Shown: one piece after another, positions 1-14,356 of the stretch
How positions within the stretch are numbered: the first letter of the stretch is position 1
Layout of the letters: each line of letters begins with the position of its first letter
NCBI RefSeq assembly: GCF_009914755.1
Contig: NC_060928.1
Length of the DNA: 64,000 nt
Origin: the human T2T-CHM13v2.0 reference genome, Homo sapiens
Reading direction: 5' to 3' (one strand)
Notes under the pieces: generated by a model
Database searches by the model: none
What the model was told of the DNA's origin: nothing
The model's input: only the letters and a program-made list of their open reading frames with translations
Made by a program: the position numbers and the translations under genes

Positions 1-580
1 ATCGCAATTGACAACACCAAAGTCATGTAATCAATCTAAGTGTTCATCAACAGATGATCTGATAAAGAAAATGTAGTGTGTGTGTGTATATATATATATG
101 TATGTGTGTATATATACGTATATATACGTATATATATTTGTGTGTGTATATATATATACATGGTGTGTGTGTATGTATATATGTACATATACGTACATAT
201 ATACATACACACACACATATCATGGAATACTACTCATTCATAAAAATGAATGAAATCATGCATTTTGCAGCAACATGGATGGAACTAGAGGCCATTATCC
301 TGAGTGAAATAATTCAAACAGAAAGCCAAATACCACATGTTCTCACAAATGGGAACTAAACAATGGGTACACATGGACGTGCAAAATGGAATAATTGACC
401 TGGAAGACTCCAAAAGGTAGGAAGTTGAAGGGAATGAGTGATGAAAAATTACCTGTTGGGTACAATATACACTATTTGAGTGATGGGTACACTAAAATCC
501 CAGACTTTGCCGCTACACAATATATCCATGTAACAAAACATACTTCTACCCCCTAAATTTATAAAAATATAAATAAATAA
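1..580 (+). mobile_element. LINE-1 3' end (L1PB-like), cut by the window edge
   Basis: ORF2 C-terminal remnant (MEYYSFIK.NEIMHFAATWMELEAIILSEI), L1PB-type 3'UTR (…tgatgggtacactaaaatcccagacttt…), A-rich end. Confidence 0.9.
76..220. repeat. Compound (TG)n/(TA)n/(CA)n microsatellite inside the L1
   Basis: Alternating purine-pyrimidine runs seen directly. Confidence 0.95.
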
Positions 581-620
581 AGGTACCTTAGAGATAGCCA
601 GAGGTAAAATCATAAACAGG

Positions 621-918
<298 letters not shown>

Positions 919-1168
919 TCATAAACAGGCAAATTGTGATTTCAGCACATAAAACCAACATATTTACATAAATAATTCCTATGAGTCAATAAAAAATAAC
1001 CCAGTAGAAAAATCGTAAAAGAATATGAAGAGACATTACACAGAAGAAACAATAAGAAACTTGTAAGTCATCAATCAGATAACATTCAACATGATTATAC
1101 TTTAGAAATATATATCACACAGCTGCATGCTCAGTGATTTGATTTCATTTTCTCTACTTATCAGTATT

Positions 1169-1549
1169 TGTATTAGTCCGTTCTCACACTGCTATAAAAA
1201 ACTACCTGAGGCTGGGTAATTTATGAAGAAAACAGGTTTAATTGACTCACAGTACCTCAGGCTTAACGGCAAGTGTGACTGGGAGGCCTCAGGAAACTTA
1301 CAGTCATGGCAGAAGGGGAAGGGGAAGTAGGTACCATCTTAATATGGTGGAGCAGGAAAGAGAGAGGGCAAGGGGGGAACTGCCACACACGTTTAAACCA
1401 TCAGATCTCATGAGAACTCACAATGAAGAGATCAGCATGGGGAAACTGCCCCCACGATCCAATCACCTTCCACCAGGTCCCTCCCCCAACACATGGGGAT
1501 TACAATTTGACCTGAGATTTGGGTAGGGACATAAAGACAAGCTATATCT
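1169..1549 (-). mobile_element. THE1 (THE1D-like) solo LTR, ERVL-MaLR
   Basis: tgtattagtccgttctcacactgctat…gagatttgggtagggaca is the reverse complement of a THE1 LTR. Confidence 0.9.
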
Positions 1550-2574
1550 GCTTACAAAACCAAAACTTTAATTTCTGTAATAGAATTCTTCCCAAATAAG
1601 ACAGAAATATTTTCCACATATGTGTAATCTTGGGGATATATACAATAAGAAAATTTCCCATGTATTACAACTCTTATAAAATTTACTACATACAACTAAA
1701 ATGAATATTTGAGATGGTTAAAGTTAAATGGGTGTCTGGACTTCTTTATTGTTTTGATGCAACAATTTTAACTTTTAGACCTACAGTCCCAATATGACAT
1801 AAAATTTATTTAAAATTTAGAACGAAGGCAAAATAAGATTGGAAGCATGTCCATTAAAAGAAATGTAGGGACAATGGCCATTCAAAAGTTATGTAATGAA
1901 AATATGAAGTTCCTAAGTTTTACTCATTATTAAATGTTCTAAACTTAGTAAAATTATTTGTTAACTTACACACTTTTTTATGATAAAGATATACATGATT
2001 TCTGTGTGGAACACATAAACCCAAAGGCTTATGGCTCTTTTAATCAGCTTTGATTCTAACTCAACAATTTTCTCCTTTTATAAATATGCTAGTTTCTCAA
2101 ATACTTTTTGAACCAGTTATAAATTTCTACTTGTTTTCTCATCCATTAATAAATTGAATGAAATCTTTGCCATGTCTTTGTTTTATATTTGCATGAGAGT
2201 TGTAATTTTACTCTTTTGAAAATTGTACTTTTACAAAGACCAAGTTTGTCAAGGACTACGGTCTTCTACCTGAGTCTGTTATATTACGGCAGGTAGTCTT
2301 CTTCTACCACTAAGTTCTCAAGATGTTTGGATAAACTGTTTTCCCTTGATCTGGGCTCATTTTGAGTAGATGGACTTAATACTTAGTATTTCTAAAGCAT
2401 CTCTTTATAAGGCATTGGGAAAAGAGTAATAGGCCATATGTCATACCCAGAGGGAACTTAAAGTCTTAAAAGAAGGAAAGATATTTAAGGCATAACTTAT
2501 TTTTAGATGACTCAACTTGTTGATAGTACAAGTTTTAAAATATAATAATTTGGAACTATAAAGATACACCACTA

Positions 2575-2984
2575 TGATATCCTGCTCTGGGGAAAAGCGT
2601 TGATTGATTGCCCCACTGGATCCACCACCCTGTTTTCAATAATGCCTCACTTCCTTCCAGCTTTCTCCCAGTTGATAATTGAGCATGGTTGAGGATATTA
2701 GTGTAGGGCCATTACTGCAGTATATGGAATCCCCTAACAGGAAACTTTGGTTAAAGGACTTCCCAGCAGGCTTACAACACTTTCTTTGGAATGATGCCAC
2801 AGTCTAAGACTTCCCACTCATTTCTTCTTCCCTCCTCCCACCTTGCTCTCCCATGTATCATGCCTGAAATGTGGTCTGGAAGCTCACACTGCCTATTTAT
2901 CCTCTTCACAAACATTCCTCCCAATAAGTTGTTTGCACATATAATCCTGTCTTGACTCTGCTTCTTCAAGTACCTAAATTGGCA
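2575..2984 (+). mobile_element. Old ERVL solo LTR (LTR16-like)
   Basis: 3' end cccaataagttgtttgcacatataatcctgtcttgactctgcttc resembles LTR16-family ends. Confidence 0.55.
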
Positions 2985-3582
2985 GGAAACTGAGCTGAAA
3001 TTTTCCTGACTTCAAAGGCTTTGTTTCTATCCCTATACAGTTACACCTTTGTTGAAGGGAGGTTGTGTTATAATAGTATCCCATTAATTATTTCTGAAGA
3101 AAAGAAGCTGCTATTAAAGAGAGAAAAAATAGTAATTTCACAGTAGCTTAATATGGTCAATGTCAATATGATTCTGACTTAACAAATAATTGCTAAGCAA
3201 GACATTGGTTGACCATTATGCAGAGAACACCTCAGAGATTTTGTTCTGATGTGGACTGCTGAAAATCTAGTACTGTGTCATTCAACCATAAAATTCACTG
3301 CTATGGTCTGAATGTTTGACTCGCTCCAAATTTCATTTTGAAACCTAATCCCCATTATGGTGGTATTAAGAAATTTAGGAAGTGATTAGGTATGGGGGCT
3401 CTGCCTTCATGAATGAGATCAGTGACCTTATAAAAGAGATTTCAGGGAGCTTCTTGCCCCTTCTGCCATTAGACAGACCCAGTGAGAGGTGCCATTTCTG
3501 AAACAGAGTAAGTTTCACTGAACATCAAATCTGCTGGCACCTTAATCTTGAATTTCCCAGCCTCCAGAACTATAAGCAATAA

Positions 3583-3920
<338 letters not shown>

Positions 3921-3959
3921 TAAATTTTTATTTTTAAAAATTACCCAATCTAAGGTTGT

Positions 3960-4085
3960 TTCTTTTTTCAGAGACACGGTCTCACCATGCTGCTCAGGCT
4001 GGCCTCCAACTCCTGGGCTCAAATGATCCTCCCACCTCAGGCTCACAACTAGCTGGTACTACAGGTACATTCCATCACACCTGGC
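3960..4085 (-). mobile_element. Free Alu monomer (FLAM-like)
   Basis: Single diverged Alu arm of about 125 bp. Confidence 0.8.
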
Positions 4086-6398
4086 TTAAGGTACTTTGTT
4101 GTAACAGTGGAAATGGACTAAGACATTGACTATCTTAATGTATTTAGTTGGGGTTCTGAATAGTTAGCCATCTTCTTACCCTCCTTTCATATACTCTAAG
4201 TTCAAAAAACATTCGGGAGCTTGAACAAAGTAAAATGAAAGTAGGGAATAACAAAACCCTTCCTTCTATTGATTGTAGAAAAGAGAAAATGCCAGATTGA
4301 CAAAGAATTGCAGAGACCAAGTCAAGTCACAGACAGGAAAAGCAGTGCAGAACACTTCAACATTTCTGGCACCATCAATCACTGAAAATATGTCATCAGA
4401 ACAAGGTCATCTTTAACTTGGAATGCTGTAACTGTAATAGGTTGTTTAGGTAGGGGAACCAGTATATCAGCTAATATAGCCATTACCACTCATTTTCAGA
4501 TTTCAAGGGAAAAAAATACCAGGAAACCAGGGCACAAATTTATTTTGCAATCAGTTTTTCTTCCTGAATGTAATTTTAGTCTCCTGATTTAACCAGTTGA
4601 AATTCTTCTTTACTATTAGTAAATTTAAGATAGTTTGTTAAATGTGAAATCTATATTCCATAAAAATATGGAACATTTCTCCAAATAGGGTTTTCCCCTA
4701 CAGTAAAATCTGTATTATTATTATTATTATTTAGATTAACAAGTTGAGTGGTATGAAAAGTGAGTACACTGGAAACAGGAAAGACATAACTTGACTTCTA
4801 GACCACTGGTGTAACTGTAGCAAGGAACCCTACAGAAACTGAATTGTACATTTTAAATGATGAAATGGAGCTAGCATACTGAAATATACTTTCAAGCTGG
4901 CAGTCTAGAAATTACCCTATATATTCTCCTTAGCTATCTGTTAAGCACCCACACATAATTCTGTAGAAACATGTAATAGTAGTTTGGATTTAATGAGTAC
5001 TTAAGGTTAGATGTTAAAGTATAGAGCTAAGCTTTACTCCCTGAGACATCTGTTTGCATGCAAGAATTTCAGCAGGGGCTTAGTTATTACCTGGTTGAAA
5101 TGAGATAGGAATTCTGCATTCTGGTCTCTGAAGTTCAAGAAATGTCAAACGGATTGGTGACACTCAAGGTCCTGATAGCTGGGAAGAATAACCAGAGACT
5201 CTGAGAAGTAAGAAAATAGAAAACCAGAGATAATTGACTGGACATGCAAATGCCAAGACTGAAACACTTTGGAGAAATAGCATTAGATAATTTTGCTTTA
5301 AAATACTGACCTTGACATAGTAAAGCTGTATCAGCAGGAGTCAGGGTTAGGGTCAGCAGAATAAGGTGACCCAATAAGGCCTTAAGAGGCCAAGACAGCC
5401 CAGGTTTCAGCATGGCTTTCAATGGCTTCCAATAATATCACTGTTTCCACAGTGAAACCTTGTGACTGCCTAAAGGCTCCCGTCCTCAAAGACTTACCTA
5501 TGTGTGTTCTGTCTTGCCAGGCAGAGAATAGCAAATAAGCAATAGAAAAGACTGAGTCATAAAAAGTGTAAAATCCCTGAAATTATTCATAAATGAAGTT
5601 GCAGGAAATAAATATAGCCAGAAAGTGGGAAATTTTAAAGAAAATTTTAAGTGCAAAGATGAAAGGTAATTCTGTAAAACAAACTTGTTCAAAATCATAA
5701 ATTCCTTTTGTTCCCTTCATCTGTCATATGTTTTGTTTTAAGATTAATATTACCTTGCTGAAAAAAAGTGAACCTTTGTTTCACTTCTTCACCCACTTTT
5801 TATTGAAATATGCTAGTGTCTCATTTTATTCATTTGCAATTTCTTTCATTTGTCCGTTACTAACAACAACAAAACAATCCTTGCCATTACAAATTGAAAA
5901 AAGATTATTGATGTCATAAATATTTCATAACACCTAGTACATGCTTTGCAAACATAGGCATGCAGATAGCTAAATTTTACATTTCTTATTAAGTAGATCA
6001 ACATTAGATTTTATATTGGGAGCTCGTTAATTTGGAATATTGGTAATTCTGATGTTCTATGTTCAGTGTCTCAATCGTTCAACCTCTAAAATCATAGAAC
6101 TATTTCCCATTTCCATTTTCCATCCTCATAGGTATGTTTTTAGAACTAATGAGATAACATTTATAATCTGAGGGAGTAGATTACTTTCTTTCTCAAGACA
6201 TTAGTGTGCAATTTAGTGCTTATGAAGAAGCAATTTACTGAATGGCACCCTAGTGGTATAAGAAATATTTCAAGGACTATTCCATTTCGAGAAAGTGAAA
6301 AATTGGTGGATTCTGCCTAGCAGAGCTTGACAATATGTGTAAGTTAAAAGGTTTTCAATGATTAAAAAAAAAACAAAACTGAAACTAAAATGGATCAG

Positions 6399-6706
6399 GG
6401 TTGTGTACAGTGGCTGATACCTGTAATCACAGCACTTTGGGAGGCCGAGGCAGGTGGATCATCTGCGTTCAGGAGTTCGAGACCAGCCTGGCCAACATGA
6501 TGAAACCCAGTCTCTACAAAAATACAAAAATTAGCCAGGCGTGGTGGCGCACTCCTGTAGTCTCAGCTACTCAAGATACCGAAGCAGGACAATCGCTTGA
6601 ACCCAGGAGGCAGAGTTTGCAGTGAGCCGAGATTGCACCACTGCACTCCAGCCTGGGTGACAGAGTGTGACTCTGTGTCAATAAATAAATAAAAAAACAA
6701 ACAAAA
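6399..6706 (+). mobile_element. AluS (Sx/Sz-like)
   Basis: Full dimer with A-rich tail. Confidence 0.95.
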
Positions 6707-7680
6707 CTGATCAGCATGCCTTCTGTCATATTTTTCTTGATTTTATATTTTCCTAATTAGTTTTCATTTCTCCCGAAGACAAATGTTTTCTTTTACTTAA
6801 CTCATAATTTTTCCTGTACTCTTCACCTTTCTCAAATGTTTTCTTTCATTATTAATATTATCCTGTGAAAAAGTCAGTTTTTAAGTTTTATATTTAACTC
6901 ATTCTTGTTTTTAAATCTTACTGCTTCATCTCATCCATTTATCATTTTCTCAAATGCCCACTATTACTATAAAATGCAGACATATGTATAATCATTTTTA
7001 AAAATATTTAATATGAGAAGAGATTTTAAATACAGAACCATGACTAAACACATATTATGTATTGAGAATATTTGAAAACCAAAAACAATAAATTTTCTCA
7101 ATGAAAATTATCATGGTGACAAATTTTCTCTTGCCTGTGCCACAAACACCCTGGGGCACTTAGGGTTTATATTGTGATTATTTACTGTAAATCTTCTTAG
7201 TTTTTACTTTAAAATTCTTTGTTTATCTATGCGACATATTTTCAAACTTGATTTTAAAAAGCAAAAAAAAAAAAAAGAAATAGGAATAAGAAAGCCATGC
7301 ATTTTATTAAGTTGAATAATTGTAATAAGAAAAAGAACTATACTGACTCAGCTGCATGGTGGCAAAAGAATAGGCTGAATGAAATAATACAATTCTGAAA
7401 TAATTTTTAATGACTAACATGTACAATTAAATTATTAGAAAGGATACTATTAGCTATCACATGAAATTTGGGAGCAAGAAGTTCTTTGAAAACCAGAAAA
7501 TGGAAAATGGAAATTTCATATCTAAGAGCAAAAAATTATTGACAATGCCAATCTACTTAAGCTGATTTAATGGAATAAGTATTTGGATAAATTTCAATAA
7601 ATACAAAATTCCTAGGAGTCAGAATTAATTAAACACACCTCAGAAGATCTACCAGCACCTCAGAGATGTTGGTGTTTGTA

Positions 7681-7715
7681 TTTTTCACTCAATACATTTT
7701 TCACTCAATACATTT
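7681..7715. repeat. 16-bp tandem duplication (tttttcactcaataca)x2
   Basis: Seen directly. Confidence 0.9.
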
Positions 7716-8282
7716 CATTGTTTAGTGTGTTAACTCTAAAAAGGGGAAATGTAATTCCAGAATACCAAAAGAAAGGTAAAGAAGAGACTAATTATTCAAT
7801 TGTTTTAGGGCTGGAATAATGCTTTATATTTTCTCTAGCCTTCATAAATGCCTTCAAGAAGAGGTGTTTACAAAATATTCAATGAATGGATAAAAACATA
7901 ATTCTATCACTAACCTTGCGTAAAAGTAACAACAACTTTCTTTAAAGGCCACCAGTGTTTACCTAAACACCGTAAAATAGATTTATTTCAGTATATATTA
8001 CCCAACTCTAAAATGTGCTCATATGCTTCTTAGATTGAAATTGGACCCTGGTTTACTGTTTTTAAAATAAGCCAGATTAGTTGTGCACATATAAATGTTT
8101 CAATTCTTCCACAAGTTATACAAGCAATGTGGACCTGCATAATGTTCCCATGAAGACTTTTAGACCAATGAAATGAGAGGGAATTAACAACTTTGAATAA
8201 ATGTGAAATTTATATGCCTGTATTTGGGTGGAAATACCTAATTGTTTTATTATTCTCCTACTGAGATATCCTTTTCCGTGGA

Positions 8283-8510
8283 AGGCAGTAAAGCACAGTA
8301 GTTAAGATTGCAGGCTCCAGACTCAACACTTGGATTTGTGCCTAGCTTCTCAACAAACTACAACCTATAAAGTCTCAATTTACACATGGATAAAATGTAT
8401 GTGATGATAGCTCCCATTCCATAAATGCATTGTGAGCGTTAAATGAGATAATAAAGATAAAATATTTTATCTAGCACATAGTAAGTGCTTAAAAATTAAC
8501 TGATAATTAT
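8283..8510 (+). mobile_element. MIR SINE
   Basis: gcacagtagttaaga… and tgtgagcgttaaatgagataat…gcacatagtaagtgctt MIR motifs. Confidence 0.75.
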
Positions 8511-9000
8511 AACTATCCATCTGCTGTATTTGAGGCAGCAAAGTTAGAATATATAATGAAAGATAAACTTTGCCTGTTTTAGAATAAAATGTTGCAGTTG
8601 AAAACATGCAGTTCTGTTTTTACTATGTTCAGTTTCTCTGCCTTCATATCTTGTATCTTTCCCCCATTTTAGTTTGACATTTTTGGTTGTTGTATTTTTT
8701 AATTTTGAGGGGACAGAAAATTGATAATTAAATTCACTTATTTTTAAATTCATTCACTCATTATTCTAACCAACTTTCTTTCTAAATATATTTATAGCAT
8801 TTTATAATGAGAACACACATACAATAAAAGCAGTGTTTAGATACAAAAGTATTTTTAAAAATTTACTCTGAAGTATGAAAATCAGAATTGCAATTACTAA
8901 AAAGTGTTGCTTTCTTTTCCCTTAATTCCAGTAGAAGAGGTTGTCAATTACTGACTCCCATTTGAAACTTTCTTTCTCCTTTTCATTTTAATTTTTAATT

Positions 9001-9141
9001 TTTTTTTTATTTTTTTTGTAGAGATGAGGGGGTGTCTCACTTTGCTGCACATACTGGTCTTGAACTCCTCACTTCAAGCAATCTTCCCATTGTGGCCTCC
9101 CAAAGTGCTGAGATTACAGGCATGAGCCACCATGCTCACCC
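9001..9141 (-). mobile_element. Alu left monomer (FLAM-C-like)
   Basis: Left arm only, preceded by poly(T). Confidence 0.85.
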
Positions 9142-11734
9142 CTTCTTGTTTTTTAAGCCTAAGCAGTGATGAGATGAGCCCATGTAATACAAGGTATAGG
9201 AAAAAAAACGAAACAAAACAAGCTATATTGGTGGGGCACTCAGTACAGAAAAAAAAGCGATTGTGCTACCCTCCAGTCATTGATGCAAATGTTTGAGAGA
9301 TTAAAAAAAATAAAAATGAGTCCATTTTTTATTACTTTCTAGATTTTATATTTTTATGATTGTGTGCATGACTTTCAGGGAATAATAGCCATGTCTACTT
9401 GAGTTTTACAAAAATTAAAGAGAAAAGCCTTAAGATGTCACTAGGTAGGTAGATACTCCTCTGTATCTACAAACAGTTCTGTGATATGTAATTGTTAAAA
9501 AGTATAGCATACGATGCCCTCTAGTGATTCGTATGAACATAGAAAAAGTCATGTAGACTGTCTCAGCTATCCAGATCTGTATATGGATTTCTTTTGTCAT
9601 CATGCAAAATCTGTATACTGTTTTCCATTATTTCATTATTTAGATTATTTAATAGCCTCGATGTTTACACTTTGGTTTATTATTGCACAAGTCCAAGTCA
9701 AACTCTGTTCTCTATTCTTTATAAAAACAAACAAGCAAGCAAAAACAAACCTTAACAAAATGTAATAACATATGAAATTCTCAGATGAGAAAAAGAAATA
9801 TTTCACTTTATTTTAGTTACTTGTAACTATATTTTTGTGGAGTGCTTTTAACCAAAGAAGTCATTAATCCAAATGTATGTCTATTAAAAGTTAATCAACT
9901 TTTCTTAACTTAGTATTTACTGAATATAAGAAGTGACAAGTGAAATTGAATACATCTTGAAAAGGTCTAAAATAATACATACTGGTAATATACAGTTACT
10001 ATATCTAGCAGAATTGCCAGAGATGTTTGCTAAAAGCATCTTTGTCCCCAAATCTGACTCAGGATATCTGGGAATGATGACAAGTAAGGTACATTTTTAT
10101 TTGGTTCCCAAGTGATTCTTGACCATTTCAAATACTGCCCTGCTCTGGGCCTTTCCAATGCCTTTTCGTATCATCTCACATTTCCCTTTGCTAGATTAAC
10201 ATTTCCTATCTTTAGGCATCACAGTTTTTTATGTATGGCCTTCAAGTAAAAATACTTTGAACATATAATTTTATCACCGTTCATGATTTTTCTTAGGCAA
10301 CATTGTCTCTTAGAATTTTATCTTAATTTTATGTAACAATTTAGGCTCTACATTATGAGATTTCATTCAAAGTAATTAGGTTTCTAAAGAAACAGGAGGC
10401 CTTCCTAACTTACAGTATATCACAAGGAAAAATGTTCTACCATATCAAGCTAGTGAAGATATTATTTTAAAAGATTTAAAAGTTATAATTATTTATTAGT
10501 TGGCACTAGAGAAATGAAAGATGCAAAATATTTCAGGGTAAAGTTTCATTTAAAATTATTTCAGTAGTATTTACTTTTATGTTTGATAAATTATTTTGAA
10601 AACATGATTGATAAAGTTGCTGACCTACGAAAATCAAAGCCTAACAAATATTTACTCGTCATTTAAATTAGGAATAAAACCATGTAAGAAACCTGTAAAA
10701 CCTGAGTTTTAGCTAAGAGCTTACTAAAATCAGAGCCGGAATTAAATACTGTATTTGGAAATTGTTAAGGTGAAATAAAAAAAGAAAAATGAATCATATT
10801 TCCCATGGCATTGTTGCCAGTTTTCCTATGATGATCTTAAAATATCTTCTATTATAAAATAACATAGTAAGAGGAAACATTTTAAAACCAAGTCTAACAT
10901 TTAACTTGAAATTCCCATTCTATACATGGGAAATTATAAAATACTGAAGATACCTTGTGACTGAATAAGCTTGGCAATTTTGTCTCAAAGTGAGGCTCCA
11001 TCTACTGATGCTAAAACAAGCCATTTATGACATTTATAAGCAGTTAATTCGATGAAAACCTAATCATTTACGTTAGAAGCTTGTAAACCAATAAACCATA
11101 GCTAATCTTACTAAAATGTTGTTTTCTCACACTGCTCATGCAAAAATCAACACAACTAGCAGAAGCAGTCCTCATTATAAACTCCAGTAGGACAGTTTTG
11201 TTAGCACCACCTAACTTTCTTACTACCCACCCTCAGGCTCTCTGAAAGACCATTTTACTCTCTTTCCCTCACATCGTAACACAAACATACTAAATACCTG
11301 CTAAGTATGGGAGAATTCTGCAAGACTCTGCAGTAGATTTCAAGGTAATACGCATATTAGCCTCAGGTCATCAAAAAGTTTTCAACCTCAGATGAGAAGT
11401 GACAAAATAAAAGAACTAAATATAATAGAAAACCAAAAAATAAAGAGTATTGAGAATGAGAAAATAATATTGTTGATAGTTTGAAAAGAGGCATATCACC
11501 ATTTTGTTAAAATGATTAGAGATGATTCCATAAAAAGATAACATTTGAATGAATTGACAAAGAATAATTGGATATTAACAAGTAGAGATATAGAGAAAGC
11601 TTTCAGCATGTTCTTGAGAAACATCAATATAGTCATGGAGTCAGGAATGTGAGGGCAGGGTCCAGGAAAAGTATTCTGGTTTGTTCCTTTAAGTCTTAGT
11701 GTTGTGGGTTTTTTCCCTCTCTTTACTTCATGCC

Positions 11735-12084
11735 TTTGTTTGCTTGTACTGCTATAACAAAAACAAAAACAAAAAAGAAGCAAACAAACAAAAAACGGAG
11801 ACTGGGTAATTTATAAAGAAATGAGCCTTATTTTCTCGTGGTTCTAAAGGCTGGGAAGTCAAAGATCAAGGTGCTGACAAGTTTGGTGTCTGGTGATAGC
11901 AGCTCTGCTTCCAAGATAGCAATTTGAAAGCTGCTCCCTCTGCAGGGAGTTACGCTGTATCTTCACATGGCTGAGATCTGATAAACCAAACACCTCCTAA
12001 AAGAGGTTTCACCTCCCAACGTTGTTGCATTGGCTATTAAGTTTGCAACACATGAATTTTGGGAGACACATTCAGACCATAGCA
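11735..12084 (-). mobile_element. MST/MLT1A-type MaLR solo LTR
   Basis: gctataacaa…actgggtaatttataaagaa…ttcagaccatagca. Confidence 0.85.
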
Positions 12085-12314
12085 CTTGACATCTGGTACC
12101 TGTACAGTCTCTTGATTTACCCACTTTGGTTCCTTCTCAGTATTTGTTACTCTTCTTTCGCTCTTTTGATGTTGGAGCTACCCAGACCTCTCTGATCCTA
12201 GGTGTTCAATGTATATTATCTCCATCTATAATTTCAATTTATGGTTTCACCTACTGTCTACATGATCCTGTTTACCAACTCTAAATCTTTAAACCTCAAA
12301 AATGATAAGTATCT

Positions 12315-12752
12315 AGAGTAGATGCTGGGCTGTGCCATTGAGATCCCTCTTTGAGGACTGAGGAACTAATTCGCCCAGCTGCTTGGAGTGTTGTAGCTCT
12401 CATCTAAATTCTTTCCAAGAATTACATTCATTAGAAAAAATCTGCTTTGTCCCAGGTCATACTTGCTCCCTGGGGAAGCCTGCCTCCAACAACTTCTGAA
12501 TATAGAAATACAAAGGTCTAACTTATTATTGGCAATATTGGACAATTCCGAAGAGCCATTCCAAATCCAGAGCTTTCCTGAGATGGGGTAAGGTCTATTT
12601 TGAAAATGTACCTCAGTTCAATACTTTAATTGCATAACTTTACTTCCTCCAACCCCTTAGTATATTTTGATCCCAAGGGTATTCCCTGATAATTTGTCTG
12701 CATGCAAACCTTCACCTCAGAGTCCACTTTGGAGAGAATCTGACCTTTTGCA
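12315..12752 (+). mobile_element. LTR16-family ERVL solo LTR
   Basis: ccctgataatttgtctgcatgcaaaccttcacctcagagtcc… resembles the LTR16 3' end. Confidence 0.65.
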
Positions 12753-13399
12753 ATGTCTTGTTGTACTATATCCCCTTCTACTTTGGTAACATAAGGGCTT
12801 ATTAAAATTAAGATACTAAAAATTAAGCTCATTATCTATTTACCTAAAATATTCTTACCCATTTGTTTTGTTTTGGAATATTATGTACCATACATGCCAG
12901 TGGTGCCATCCTCATGTATACCCTTGTTTTTAAAACATCTACTTTATCTACAGTCTGAAAGGGGCTGTCCTATGTACTCCAAGGACTGACGTTAACTCAA
13001 CCAGGAGTAGTCACCTGATTCAATCAATCAGGAATTTGAGATAGAACATAAGACAGAGACACTGGGTTAGTCGAATACTGTTTGGCTCTAGAGTGTAAGT
13101 AACATTGGAGCCAGATTTTATTTCATGCCAAGCCCAAATCAAAAAACATCTAACTTTATGGAAGAGACAATAATATAAACCTTGCTGAAGAAGCCAGACT
13201 ACAAAGGGAGCAATAAAATAAATTGGTGGAGGAAACATAAATGAGAACTCACTTAACCTAAGAAATAGTGACGGGTAAGATAGAAGCCTGATTAAAGCTC
13301 CCCTGTATGCAGACTTACATTTTAGAAATTGGTTTTCTAAAATTACCTTGAAACCTTACAATACATTTCCCATCAAATAAAGCATTATAAGACATATCC

Positions 13400-14356
13400 C
13401 CTGCTTGGTAAACAGCACCACAATCTATCCATTTGTTTCCATCAGAAACCTGAGAGGGATTGAGGCCCTTTACTTATAACACAGAGCAGAATAGCTGAAA
13501 GAAAAAAAATCCTTCCATTTTTGTTGCCACTGTTCTGTCTCTTTCTCTCAAATCCTATTACAATTACCTAAGCTCAGAATTTTCCTATTCTTTGTCTGTC
13601 AATACAAATACACTGCCTAAGATTCTGATTCTGGTCTTGACCTTCTCCAATCTGTCCTTCATATTTATGAGTGTTTTCACTTACGTAGTAATCTGATGGC
13701 GTCATTCCCTTATTATAATAAAAAATTCTTTCAACTTCATTTCTGATATAAAACACAAACTGCTGTAATAGTTTACAATGCACTTTCTTATGTGACTCTA
13801 TCCTATCTGCCTAGCAACATCTCCTATTACAAAGATTGCTTGAATTTCTAATCCACCATTAGCCATTCCATAGTTTCAAAAACTTGCCATACTTTCTCAA
13901 GTTTTCCTTCCTTGTGCATTCTTCCCACTGCTCAGAACATTCTCCATCATGCTTGTGGAAAACTTCTATTTATCCTTAATCTGTCCAATTAAAAGTTTTG
14001 TCATTTTTTTAGCCAACTAGGAATTGTGCTGACCTTTTAGTCACTGCTGCCTCTGCACATAGCAGAGTACGATAAATATAGCAGATCTATATCTTTATGA
14101 ATTCACTGAAGCATCTTTTGCATTATGTAGACAGATTTGGGTATTGATTTTTATTTTGCAGCTTTTTGTGCATAATTCCATTATTGGAATTAATTTATTG
14201 CATTGTCATTTTTATGTGCATAACTCTTTTCAACAAGAATGAAAATGTTTTGAGGGTACAGTCCATAAACTTTCATATTGGCAAATGTTCCCCAGGAACT
14301 AACAAAGTATTTGGCATACTTAACTCAGAAATATTTGCCACATGAATGAGTGAATG
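13400..14356 (+). mobile_element. L2 LINE relic (3' part)
   Basis: Pyrimidine-rich L2-like body ending …aaatatttgccacatgaatgagtgaatg. Confidence 0.55.

Noticed and set aside
31-359. Tyr/Ile/His-rich ORFs
   Set aside because: Translations of a dinucleotide microsatellite and an L1 remnant.
4657-4690. Small hairpin ttccata-aaaa-tatggaa and CArG-like ccaaatagg
   Set aside because: 7-bp arms are expected by chance in AT-rich DNA, and the CArG spacing is one base short.
5490-5580. Minus-strand exon candidate (tag/gtaagt donor)
   Set aside because: Weak acceptor and no partner exons; unsupported.
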